NCBI GenBank assembly: GCA_963767275.1
Contig: CAVYDL010000006.1
Span: forward strand, 296,379 to 360,378
DNA from: an uncultured delta proteobacterium
Lineage (GTDB): Bacteria > Desulfobacterota > Binatia > UBA9968
Direction: 5' to 3'
DNA length: 64,000 bases
This document shows, in pieces, positions 29,002 through 38,263 of the stretch; the stretch's first letter is position 1; the number at the start of each line of letters is the position of its first letter. A program made the translations under genes and the position numbers. Below the pieces are notes generated by a model. The model made no database searches and was not told where the DNA came from. It saw only the letters and a list, made by a program, of their open reading frames with translations.

Positions 29002-29781
29002 TTGAACGTCGTCGTCTGCGGTAAAGTCATTCCCGCGAGCACGGTCATCATCGAGCTCGACGCCAATACCAAACGCATGGTGCGCAAGGGTGTCCCCCAC
29101 GAGTTGGACCCGGCAGCCGCCAGCGCCGTCGAAGAAGGCTTGCGCCTCACGGAAAAGCATGGCGGCACTGTCGTGCTCATCACCATGGGCACCAGCGATG
29201 TGACCATTGGCATACGCAACGCGCTGGCGATGGGGGTGACGTCGGCGGTGCACATACTTGACGACGCGGTGGCGGGTTCCGACACGCTGGCGACGGCAAA
29301 GCTGTTGGCCGCGGCGATAAAAAAACAGCAATTCGATATCGTGCTGTGCGCCACTGAAAGCGGCGATAGTTATTCCGGTATCGTTCACGGACAGATCGCT
29401 CAGCTCTTGGGCATTCCGCCACTCACTTTTGCCAAGGAAATCACCGTCGATGGCGGCAACGTCACGATCAAACGCCAGAGCGAGGCGGGCTATGATCTGG
29501 TCGGATCGACGTTGCCGGTATTGGTGGCCTGCAGTAGCGGCATCAACGAACCGCGTTATCCGCAGTTGAAGGGAATCATGGCGGCGAAGAAAAAAGAGAT
29601 CAAAGTCTATAGCGCCGCCGATCTCGGTCTAGCGCCGGACCAGGTGGGCGAAAAAGGCGCGCGGGAAAAAGTTTTAACAGTAGGCCGGCCACCCAAGCGG
29701 CAAGCCGGTAAAGCGGTAACCGACGAAGGGGAAGGCGGCAAGCAAATCGCGGACTTTCTTGCTGAAATCAAGGTGATTTAA
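29002..29781 (+). CDS. etfB: Electron transfer flavoprotein beta subunit
   Basis: ORF 28939..29781. Probable TTG start at 29002 after GGGAGAG (LNVVVCGKVIP...). EtfB blocks are present (VVLITMGTSD, QFDIVLCATESGDSYSG). Confidence 0.85.
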   Translation: MNVVVCGKVIPASTVIIELDANTKRMVRKGVPHELDPAAASAVEEGLRLTEKHGGTVVLITMGTSDVTIGIRNALAMGVTSAVHILDDAVAGSDTLATAKLLAAAIKKQQFDIVLCATESGDSYSGIVHGQIAQLLGIPPLTFAKEITVDGGNVTIKRQSEAGYDLVGSTLPVLVACSSGINEPRYPQLKGIMAAKKKEIKVYSAADLGLAPDQVGEKGAREKVLTVGRPPKRQAGKAVTDEGEGGKQIADFLAEIKVI

Positions 29782-30750
29782 GTGGCGGAGACAATCTGGG
29801 TATACGCGGAAGTTGGCGACGACAAGATAACCACCACCTCATTGGAGATGCTCGCCAAAGCCTCCGAAGCCGGCAAAGCCGAGGTGGTGCTCCTCGGCCC
29901 GGCGCCTGAGGATGCCGTGCAGACGCTGGCCAATCACGGTGCCAGCAAAATCTACCGCTCCGCCGACCCAGTTTACAAAGATTATCTGACATTGCCCGCG
30001 GCCGAGACCGTCGCCGGCCTGATTCAAAAGCATAATCCCGCGGTCATGTTGTTCGCGTCGAGTTATGCCGGCCGCGATTTGGTCGCCAATCTGAGCGCCC
30101 GGCTCGACTGCGGGGCGATCACCGATGTCGGCGATTTCGAGCTGAAAGACGGCAGCGTGGTGGCGACTATTCCAGCCCTCGGGGCCAGCTACGAGAATAC
30201 CAGCACCTTGCTCAATCCGGGAACCAAGCTTCTAGTCGTCCGTCCGAAGTCTTTCGAACCGAAAGAAAACCCGCAAGCTCTGGCTGTCGAAGAAGTGCCG
30301 GCGCCGGCGGACGAAGGCTTGCGCAAAGTCCACCTGAAGGAACGGGTCGTGGTCAAACGCGAAGGCCCGTCGCTGGAAGGCGCCAAGATCGTCATCTCCG
30401 GCGGCCGCGGCCTCAAGGGCGAAGAGCAATTCAGTCTGCTCAAAGATCTCGCCGATGTTCTCGGCGGCGCCGTCGGCGCCAGCCGCGCCGCAGTCGATGC
30501 CGGCTGGGTGCCCTACGCCATGCAGATCGGCCAGACCGGCAAGACGGTCAAGCCGGATATTTATTTTGCCGTCGGCATCTCCGGCGCCGTGCAGCATCTT
30601 TCGGGAATGAAGACCGCCAAATACATCATCACCATCAACAAAGACCCGGACGCGCCGATCTTCCAGTACTCCGACTTCGGCGTCGTCGGCGACCTCTTCA
30701 AAATCGTCCCGCAGCTGATCGAAGAGCTGAAGAAGCGCAAGGGCGCGTAG
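29782..30750 (+). CDS. etfA: Electron transfer flavoprotein alpha subunit
   Basis: 322 aa. GTG start immediately after the etfB stop (TAAGTG). FAD-binding C-terminal blocks are present ([31 protein letters not shown]). Confidence 0.85.
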   Translation: MAETIWVYAEVGDDKITTTSLEMLAKASEAGKAEVVLLGPAPEDAVQTLANHGASKIYRSADPVYKDYLTLPAAETVAGLIQKHNPAVMLFASSYAGRDLVANLSARLDCGAITDVGDFELKDGSVVATIPALGASYENTSTLLNPGTKLLVVRPKSFEPKENPQALAVEEVPAPADEGLRKVHLKERVVVKREGPSLEGAKIVISGGRGLKGEEQFSLLKDLADVLGGAVGASRAAVDAGWVPYAMQIGQTGKTVKPDIYFAVGISGAVQHLSGMKTAKYIITINKDPDAPIFQYSDFGVVGDLFKIVPQLIEELKKRKGA

Positions 30751-30834
30751 TTCTGGGTTCGATTAGCCGCACCCTTCGACAGCTGCTCAGGGTGATCGGG
30801 ACGCAAAGGACGCAAAAAACAATATGGCTTGGTA

Positions 30835-30864
30835 GGGCGGGTTTCAAACCCGCCCTTTTTTTTG
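30835..30864 (+). terminator. Rho-independent terminator formed by palindrome GGGCGGGTTTCAAACCCGCCC + T9 (REP-like copy 1)
   Basis: Perfect 7-bp GC stem with a TTTCAAA loop at 30835-30855, followed by TTTTTTTTT at 30856-30864. About 85 nt after the etfA stop. Confidence 0.7.
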
Positions 30865-30915
30865 TCAAAATATCAGCGCTACGATGATTTAACCCGCGCC
30901 ACGACTACAACATAG

Positions 30916-31983
30916 TCACAGCAACCGGCCGCCGGGCATGTGCGGAAAGGCGCTCATTTCATGGGCCGGAGCTAACGGTTGAACTTTGTCCAAATAGGCG
31001 GCGGTGAGTTGATCGAGCCGCGTGATGCCGAGCAGTCCCATGGTGATGATGATCTCGCTTTTAAGTATTTCGAGCACCCGCACCAAGCCAGCTTGACCGG
31101 CGGCGGCAAGTCCCCAGCCCTGCAGTTTGCCGATGGCCACGGCGTGTGCCCCAAGCGCGATGGCCTTGAGTACGTCGCTGCCGCGAACGATACCGCCGTC
31201 GAGTAGGATCTTCGCTTCGCCGCGGACTGCAGCGACGATTTCCGGCAGCATATCGATGGTGGCCCGCCCATGGTCAAGCTGCCGCCCGCCATGATTGGAC
31301 ACGTAAATCGTCCCGACGCCATGGGCCACGGCGATGGCTGCATCTTCGGCTGTGGCTATACCCTTTAAAATAAACGGTAGTCCGGCCATCTCCTTGATGG
31401 CGTCCAAAGTATCCCACGTAAGGCCGGCGCGGTATTCGTAACCGACACCGCGGCGGCTTGGCGGCAGCCAGCGGTCCATCATCTGGCGCTCGCGGTGGCC
31501 GTAGTGCGCGGTGTCGACAGTCAGGCAGATCGCAGAATAGCCAGCCTGCTTCACTCGGGTCACAAGATTGCCGACCCACTGCAAGTCGCCTTGCACGTAG
31601 AGTTGAAAGATTTTGGGGTTGCGGCTGGCCGCGGCGATCTCTTCCAGGCTGGGTTGGGTCACCGAGCTGACAAAGTTCACGGTGCCGAATGCTTCAGCGG
31701 CTTTGGCGACCGCGACTCCGCCCGCGGGCGTAATCGACTGCAGCGAACCGATCGGCGCGAGCATGACGGGGATGGCAAGTTTATGTCCGAGAAAAGTTGT
31801 CGAGGGGTCTATCTTGGATACATCGACGAGCACCCGCGGGCGAAAGGCGAGACTATCCAGGCCGACGCGGTTGCGCCGCATGGTTGTTTCGGACTCGGCG
31901 CCGCCGGTCAAGTAGTGCCATACGTTGTCGCTCAGATTGCGCCGCGCCGCCACGATAATCTCTTGGTTGGAAACAAAATCCAT
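30916..31983 (-). CDS. FMN-dependent alpha-hydroxy-acid dehydrogenase/oxidase (L-lactate dehydrogenase / glycolate oxidase family), paralogue A
   Basis: ORF 30916..32016 (GTG). The ATG at 31983 (MDFVSNQEI...) aligns with the start of paralogue B. TIM-barrel FMN blocks are present (SNHGGRQLD, LDGGIVRGSDVLKA). Confidence 0.8.
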   Translation of the reverse strand: MDFVSNQEIIVAARRNLSDNVWHYLTGGAESETTMRRNRVGLDSLAFRPRVLVDVSKIDPSTTFLGHKLAIPVMLAPIGSLQSITPAGGVAVAKAAEAFGTVNFVSSVTQPSLEEIAAASRNPKIFQLYVQGDLQWVGNLVTRVKQAGYSAICLTVDTAHYGHRERQMMDRWLPPSRRGVGYEYRAGLTWDTLDAIKEMAGLPFILKGIATAEDAAIAVAHGVGTIYVSNHGGRQLDHGRATIDMLPEIVAAVRGEAKILLDGGIVRGSDVLKAIALGAHAVAIGKLQGWGLAAAGQAGLVRVLEILKSEIIITMGLLGITRLDQLTAAYLDKVQPLAPAHEMSAFPHMPGGRLL

Positions 31984-32145
31984 TAGCCTAACGTAATCTT
32001 TCTGTTTCTCCGCCACCCGAGGGCGTATCGTGATATGCCCCTACACTCGGAATTTCTCTGGGAATTTCTTTGCACTCTTTGCACTGCTGTCCGTGAGAAT
32101 TTGCGCAGCTTGAGCAAACTTTTCGCAATTGCCGATGGCAGAAGA

Positions 32146-32166
32146 GGGCGGGTTTCAAACCCGCCC
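32146..32166. repeat. Second exact copy of palindrome GGGCGGGTTTCAAACCCGCCC (REP-like copy 2)
   Basis: Identical 21-mer to 30835-30855. This copy lacks the T-run. It lies between the alpha-hydroxy-acid dehydrogenase gene and the ABC ATPase gene. Confidence 0.6.
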
Positions 32167-32242
32167 CTACAATTACAGAGTCTTTTTTGTGCTCTTTGCG
32201 TTCTTTGTGGCCATTCTTCTTTTCGGTTGTCGCTTTGCCGCG

Positions 32243-33337
32243 TCAATCCTCACTCACGATGACGCAATTTTCGGCATGGGCCGCGGCGCAGATCGACTGG
32301 CCGGGCTCGAATCGTTGGGATGGCGGCGCGATCACGTGTAAAACTCTTCCCGAAGCGAGTTCCACCGTATAGTCCACTGCATCGCCGAAATAGATCGAAC
32401 GGCGAACGATACCGGGAAACAGGTTGTAACCTTGATCGGCGAGCTGCCGCACAGCGTCTCGCCCGGCGACCAACTTGATATTATGCGGACGCAAGCACAC
32501 TGACACTTCGCTCGCCGGCGCGACAGCGCCGCCGTCAGCCAGACGAATCTTTACGCCATCAGATAGAATGGAGCGGCCATCGCCATCGCTGTTGACGCGT
32601 CCGCTCAAAATATTCGCTTTGCCGACAAACTCCGCGACGAACCGGGTTTGCGGTCGGTCGAATATCTCCGCCGGCGGTCCAACCTGAACGAGACGGCCGC
32701 GGTTGAGCACGGCGATCCGGTCGGAGGTCGCCATCGCCTCCGCCTGGTCGTGGGTGACATAGATGGTGGTAATTTTGAATTCTTCATGCAGCCGGCGGAT
32801 CTCGAAGCGCATCTCTTCGCGTAAATTGGCGTCGAGGTTGCTCAGGGGCTCATCCATTAGGAGAATATGCGGTTCGACCACCAGCGCGCGGGCCAAGGCC
32901 ACCCGTTGCTGTTGACCGCCAGACAGTTCCGCCGAATAGCGATCTTTCAACTCCGCCAGACGCACCACGCCAAGCAGCTTGGTGACCTTGGCGGCAGTTT
33001 CCGCTTTCGTAAGTTTTTTGAATTTGAGGCCATAGGCAACGTTTTGCGTCACCGTCATGTGCGGCCAGACGGCGTAGCTTTGAAAGATCATCGACATGTT
33101 GCGCCGCTCCGGCGGCACCAGAATGCTCGGTGATGAGATTACTTCCCCCGCGACGCGGATCTCTCCGCCGTCGGGCTGTAAGAAGCCGGCGAGCAATCTT
33201 AGGGTCGTGGTCTTGCCGCAGCCGGACGGACCGAGGAGCGACACGAATTCGCCGTCGCCGATATCCAAATGGAGATTGTCGACCGCTGCGGCGCCGGTGA
33301 AATGTTTGCTGAGACCTCGAATCGAAACTATGGCCAT
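32243..33337 (-). CDS. ABC transporter ATP-binding protein (PotA/FbpC/MalK-like importer ATPase)
   Basis: 364 aa with Walker A (GPSGCGKTT), signature (LSGGQQQRVALARAL) and Walker B (LLMDEPLSNLD), plus a C-terminal TOBE-like domain. Confidence 0.85.
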   Translation of the reverse strand: MAIVSIRGLSKHFTGAAAVDNLHLDIGDGEFVSLLGPSGCGKTTTLRLLAGFLQPDGGEIRVAGEVISSPSILVPPERRNMSMIFQSYAVWPHMTVTQNVAYGLKFKKLTKAETAAKVTKLLGVVRLAELKDRYSAELSGGQQQRVALARALVVEPHILLMDEPLSNLDANLREEMRFEIRRLHEEFKITTIYVTHDQAEAMATSDRIAVLNRGRLVQVGPPAEIFDRPQTRFVAEFVGKANILSGRVNSDGDGRSILSDGVKIRLADGGAVAPASEVSVCLRPHNIKLVAGRDAVRQLADQGYNLFPGIVRRSIYFGDAVDYTVELASGRVLHVIAPPSQRFEPGQSICAAAHAENCVIVSED

Positions 33338-33575
33338 GAGCTATCCTGGACTATTCAGCAGGAAAATGAACGATAATTTATCGACGGAGAATCCTGTAGG
33401 CGCGAAGACATCAGCGCCAATATTCGTCATGATCGGTGCTGGGCAAAATGTTTGACCTTTTAGCAGTTAACTTCATAGCAGATCGCTTCGCTTGCGGCTT
33501 ACAGCCAGCGCCGCTTTGCCTTCGCGCCGAAAGGGTTACGCCGCCTCGACCCGGTTTTACCGCCAAAAATCCGGA

Positions 33576-35303
33576 CTATTCCCGCGTCGCCACCACCTCC
33601 CGTCCGCCGAACCACTGGACCGCAAGTATGACCGCGAAGGAGACCAGCAGCAAAAGAATTCCTAAAACGGCGATGACTCCCACTTGTCCTTCTTCTTTCA
33701 GATCGAAAATGACCACCGAGACAACCTTCGACTTCGGCGCGAATAACAGGATCGCGGCGCTGAGTTCGCGGATTACGCCGATAAAGATGAAAGACCAGGC
33801 GGCGATTAGGCCCGAGCGCGCCAGCGGCGCGGTTACATCTTTGAGGGACATGAGCCGGTTGGCGCCGATAATCCGGCTGGCGTCTTCAAGTTCCGGGTGA
33901 ATGCTCTTGAAGGTGGACTCCGCCTGGGAAAATCCAATCGGCATTTCTTTGGTCAGGAATGCCACGAAGAGAATCCATATCGTGCCATAGAGCACCAAAG
34001 GCGGCCGCGAGTAGGCGATAAACAAGCCGACGGCCAGGACAATGCCGGGAATGACCAATGGCGCCAGGGCGAAAAAACTGAGATAGCGCGCGCCGCGAAA
34101 CAGATTGCGATTGGTAATGTAGGCGATCAGCGTCGCTAACAGCGTGCCGAGTGTCGCGGTGATCAGGCCCAATTTGAAAGTATTGTAAATCGCCAACTGG
34201 GTATCGCCGTACTCGAAAAAACTAAAATAAAGATTATGGAGCGTGAAATTATCCCAGGTCAACGGCAGCGCCCAGGCTTTCGAGAGTGCCGCCTTCAGCA
34301 GGATCCAATAGGGCAGGAAGACCGAAAGCGAAAGGATTCCGAACACCAAAAGCAGCACCGGAATACGGCTCCAGCCGAGCCGGATCAACCGTTTCTGTCC
34401 GCCTTTGCCGCCGACCGTGCTGTAGCCTTTGCGCCCGAGGATTCTTTTTTGCACGGCGAGCAACAGCATCGTTGCCAGCAGCAGCGGTACGGAAAAGGCG
34501 GCGGCCATATCCAAGCGCGGCGGATATTGAAACAGCGTCCAGATCTGCGTCGTGATCGTGTGCAGGCCGGCAGGCAAGCCGAGAATCGCCGGCGCGCCGA
34601 AGAGCGACAAAGATTGTAGGAAGGCCAGGATGAAGCCGCCGATCAGGGCTGGCAGCGCCAGCGGCAAGGTAACCGTCCAGGCGGTTTGCCACTTGCTCGC
34701 GCCCAATATCTCCGCGGCATCTTCTAGATCCGACGAAATCAGTTCACAGACGTTGGCGATCATTGAGAAGACATAGGGGAAGCTGTAGAGAGCCATGACG
34801 AAAATCAGCCCGGGCATCGAAAAAATATTGAAAAGCGCATCTTCCGAACCGGTCACAGAGCGGTAGAGTTTGTTCAGCGAACCGGCATTGGGCCCGGCAA
34901 GCAGCGTCCAGGCAAACGCCCCCAAGAACGGCGGCGTCACAAACGAAGCCATCACCAGCGCACGAATCGGTTTTTTCCACGGCAGATCCGTCCGGGTCAC
35001 CAACCAGGCAAGCAGTGCGCCGATGATCACCGCGATCCCTGCGACCCAGGTGGAGATGATCAAGGTGTTCCAGATCGCCTTGAGAAATTGTTGGTTGGTA
35101 AAGACTTCAAGATATCTGCTGAGCGTGATGCCGCTGTCATCCCACAGACTGGCCCGGAAAATCGCGCCGAGGGGGAAAAGCATCAAGAAAACCAGAAGCA
35201 GCGCCGCGCCGATCCACAGGGGCAGAGTCGGGTCCGTGAATCGAAGCGCGGCCCAACCCCTGTGTTCCCCTCGATCGAGGGTCGATGTCTGCAAAGCCGG
35301 CAT
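33576..35303 (-). CDS. ABC transporter permease, fused double-domain (iron(III)/thiamine-type FbpB-like)
   Basis: 575 aa with two tandem 6-TM permease modules, each carrying an EAA-like loop. Confidence 0.8.
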   Translation of the reverse strand: MPALQTSTLDRGEHRGWAALRFTDPTLPLWIGAALLLVFLMLFPLGAIFRASLWDDSGITLSRYLEVFTNQQFLKAIWNTLIISTWVAGIAVIIGALLAWLVTRTDLPWKKPIRALVMASFVTPPFLGAFAWTLLAGPNAGSLNKLYRSVTGSEDALFNIFSMPGLIFVMALYSFPYVFSMIANVCELISSDLEDAAEILGASKWQTAWTVTLPLALPALIGGFILAFLQSLSLFGAPAILGLPAGLHTITTQIWTLFQYPPRLDMAAAFSVPLLLATMLLLAVQKRILGRKGYSTVGGKGGQKRLIRLGWSRIPVLLLVFGILSLSVFLPYWILLKAALSKAWALPLTWDNFTLHNLYFSFFEYGDTQLAIYNTFKLGLITATLGTLLATLIAYITNRNLFRGARYLSFFALAPLVIPGIVLAVGLFIAYSRPPLVLYGTIWILFVAFLTKEMPIGFSQAESTFKSIHPELEDASRIIGANRLMSLKDVTAPLARSGLIAAWSFIFIGVIRELSAAILLFAPKSKVVSVVIFDLKEEGQVGVIAVLGILLLLVSFAVILAVQWFGGREVVATRE

Positions 35304-35321
35304 GAACGAATCTATTCGCTG

Positions 35322-36344
35322 CTACGCGCCAAAATATTCAATGAAACGTTTTCTCATCTCGGCGTTGCGCTTTTCCAATTCGTCGGCGTCCGCCGCCAAC
35401 AGTTTCAAGTCCTTGAGCTTGGGCTTGTCCGCCGGATAGGTCACCTCTGGATGGCCGGTATAAAGTCCTTCCTTATCCGCCAACAATTGCTGCGACTCCT
35501 TGGCGAAAATAAACTCAGTGAAGAGTTTTGCCGCATTGGGATGGGGCGCGTCTTTGGCGATGGCCACCGGCGATACCACTAGCGGCACGCCCTCTTTGGG
35601 ATAGATGATCTTGATCGGGTTACCCTGTTTTTGGGTTTTGTAATAAAAATATTCCGCGCCGTTTACGCCCACCGGCCGTTCTCCCGATGCGACCACACCG
35701 GCAGGATCGTTGGCCGACTGGACGATATGCAATTTGTTTTTTGCCAGATCGCGAAAGTAGTCCCAACCGTAAAGGTTCACCAAGGTCAGCACATGAGTCA
35801 TGATGATGCCGCTGTAACCGGGATGGGCGGTGACCATCTTGCCGCTCCATTTGGGATTCAAAAGATCCTTCCAGGTTTGCGGCGCGTCCTTGTCCGCGAC
35901 TATTTTTGGGTTATGAGCGATCACCGAAAGCGTCGCCCGCATACCATAGTAAAAACCGGCCTTGTCCTTAAACCCCTCCGGAAAACTGGCGACGCCCTGG
36001 GGCGTGAACTTCAAGAGCATCCCTTTGTCCTTGAGCAACTCGAAGTGGCCGGCATCCGAAGTATGCACGATATCGGCGTTTTTCAATCCCGCAGAGGCTT
36101 CCTGCATGAATCGTTGCAGCACCCTCTGGGAGCCGTTGCGGTGCACTTCCACTTCGATGCCTTTGTATTTGTTTTGAAAATAGTGCGCGATCGCAGTAGA
36201 AGACGGAATTGCCAGCGAAGTATACCAGACGACCTTGCCTTCCTTTCGCGCCGCCTGAATTAGGGCGGCGTCTTGCGCCGCAGCCAGCGACGCCAGGGCG
36301 AAAATCCCGTTGAGAATGACGAAGTAAATACCAATCTTTTTCAT
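35322..36344 (-). CDS. ABC transporter periplasmic substrate-binding protein (Fe3+/polyamine-type, family 1)
   Basis: 340 aa with a signal peptide (MKKIGIYFVILNGIFALASLAAA). SBP family-1 topology. First gene of the SBP-permease-ATPase operon. Confidence 0.75.
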   Translation of the reverse strand: MKKIGIYFVILNGIFALASLAAAQDAALIQAARKEGKVVWYTSLAIPSSTAIAHYFQNKYKGIEVEVHRNGSQRVLQRFMQEASAGLKNADIVHTSDAGHFELLKDKGMLLKFTPQGVASFPEGFKDKAGFYYGMRATLSVIAHNPKIVADKDAPQTWKDLLNPKWSGKMVTAHPGYSGIIMTHVLTLVNLYGWDYFRDLAKNKLHIVQSANDPAGVVASGERPVGVNGAEYFYYKTQKQGNPIKIIYPKEGVPLVVSPVAIAKDAPHPNAAKLFTEFIFAKESQQLLADKEGLYTGHPEVTYPADKPKLKDLKLLAADADELEKRNAEMRKRFIEYFGA

Positions 36345-36539
36345 GATGGCCTCCTAGTCCTTCAATTAGATCCTCGCGGTTTCAAGTTACTTCCGGGCCG
36401 GCACAATATCGCGGAATTCGATTTTCAGTCAATACGGCGATCGCGGCAATCCCGATCAACGCGTATCATCGAAACTGCAGTGTCTCCGGTCTAGCGCTCC
36501 TAGAGGGTCACATCAGGCGCGGAGGTTTCCGCAAGATCA

Positions 36540-37997
36540 TCAAACACTTCGTCGTGGATGCCCCTTCACAGGTGTCCCAGAAGATTTAGGTTTTTTGCCC
36601 TTCTTGGCGCGCCGACTGGTCAGAGCGCGGAGCAGGGGGCTCAAACTTTTTAGCTTTTCCATGCGGGCGACCAATTGGATCACCGTCTCGGCGTCCTTGT
36701 CCGCCAGCACGAGGCCGGCACAGTCGCGAAATTTGTCGCTCAACTCAGCCCAGCTCATCGGTTTTTCCGGGTGTCCACGGGCGACGTCATAGCGACCTTC
36801 AATCACCCGCCCATTCTTCAGCCGGATGCGAATCCGCGAACGCACCTGATCGTAGCCGAGCCTTTCGAGTTCATCATCGACACGAAGCGTCACCCGCTTC
36901 ATCAACCCGATGACCTTCTTGTCGCGCACTTTGCGGTCCTGGAACTGCGCGATGCCGGCCTTGTGCTCGAGGATGGCGATTGCCATGCAGAATGGAATGC
37001 TGAATTTTCCTTCCAGCGCGGTCGTGGGCATCGGATAGATCAAGGCGTTGGGCACGTTGGAATTGGTGCCGACTTCGACGTGATCGATTTCGGCCGCGCT
37101 AAGAGCATGCTGTTTGACCAGGTCGAGCATCAAATCTTGCGCCGGGTGAGACAGTGAGCCGGATGGATATGGCTTGATGGAAATTCCCGGCTGCTTCATG
37201 AAGTAAGGCGAACCCAGGCGCCCGGTAATCTTGCTCTCGTCGCAACCGCCGGCCATGGCGTTGAAAAAGCCGCGGCGGGCTTCGAGAATATTCGCCGCCG
37301 CAGTGAAGCCGTCGCGCGCCAACAAGGCGGCGCTCACACCGTTCTCGGCAGCGCGTCCGGCGTGCAGCGGCTTGGTCATGGTGCCGAAGTTTTCGCGCAG
37401 GCCCGATGCCATGCTGGCGGCAATACCCAATGTTTGAATCAACTTCCGCTCGTTGAGTCGAAGGATTTTGCCCACCGCCATGGCGGCGCCGATGCCGCCC
37501 ATGGTCGCGGTGGAGTGAAACCCATCCTGATAGTGGCGTGGGTTGATCGCATCGGCGATGCGGCACTCGACCTCGACGCCTAACAGATAGGCCAAAACGA
37601 ACGCCTCGCCGTTGATTTTTTCTTTCTCACCGATCGCCAACACGGCGGCGAGCACCGGCGTGGTCGGATGCGTCAAGAGCCCGTAAACGGCTTGCTTGGA
37701 GGTCGATAGTTGGGTGTCGTCGTAATCCATCGCATGGCCGGCTACGCCGTTGGCCAGAGCTGCTTTGGGTGCCGGCGCAGAGAGCATGGTGCCGACAATC
37801 GACGACTCGCCCGTGCCGTACATCAGCCGGACCTGGGTTTGAATAATCCGCGAGCACTCGTCGGTGGAACCGGCCACGGCGACGCCGAGTCCATCCAGGA
37901 TGAAGCCGCGCGCCAGTTGGACGACCTCTTTGGGAATATCGCGGTAGTGTGTCCGCGCGACAAAGTGCGCAACTTCTTGCGTCAGTCCCATCGACAC
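36540..37997 (-). CDS. MmgE/PrpD-family protein (2-methylcitrate dehydratase-like)
   Basis: 485 aa with PrpD-family blocks along the whole length (GLGVAVAGS, HAMDYDDT, TMGGIGAAMAVGK). Confidence 0.8.
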   Translation of the reverse strand: MSMGLTQEVAHFVARTHYRDIPKEVVQLARGFILDGLGVAVAGSTDECSRIIQTQVRLMYGTGESSIVGTMLSAPAPKAALANGVAGHAMDYDDTQLSTSKQAVYGLLTHPTTPVLAAVLAIGEKEKINGEAFVLAYLLGVEVECRIADAINPRHYQDGFHSTATMGGIGAAMAVGKILRLNERKLIQTLGIAASMASGLRENFGTMTKPLHAGRAAENGVSAALLARDGFTAAANILEARRGFFNAMAGGCDESKITGRLGSPYFMKQPGISIKPYPSGSLSHPAQDLMLDLVKQHALSAAEIDHVEVGTNSNVPNALIYPMPTTALEGKFSIPFCMAIAILEHKAGIAQFQDRKVRDKKVIGLMKRVTLRVDDELERLGYDQVRSRIRIRLKNGRVIEGRYDVARGHPEKPMSWAELSDKFRDCAGLVLADKDAETVIQLVARMEKLKSLSPLLRALTSRRAKKGKKPKSSGTPVKGHPRRSV

Positions 37998-38263
37998 TCT
38001 CCTGCGGCTCCTTCGCTGAGAAAAAAATTTTCAGGTTTTTGCGTGGCTAATATGTTTCGTTCGCTTTAGTTTTGAACATCATGGAGTGGACAAATGACAC
38101 GAAGGTTCAGTCAATTTATGACTCCAGGCTTCGTGCTCTGGGTGTCCTTCGGGGTGCGAGCATTTTCACAATAAACCCGGAAGAAGCTTTGGAGTTGACC
38201 GCGGGGCATGTCTTTGATGTTGGCGACTCCGAAACAATATTCGGCGACGCATTTGTCGGTTGA

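Noticed and set aside
30756-30775. tRNA-like T-arm sequence GGGTTCGATTAGCC
   Set aside because: Flanking sequence cannot form acceptor/anticodon stems. It lies at the end of the etfA coding region.
38072-38263. 63-aa plus-strand ORF in the prpD-like upstream region
   Set aside because: No SD, no recognisable family. It occupies the promoter/5'UTR region of the minus-strand MmgE/PrpD gene.
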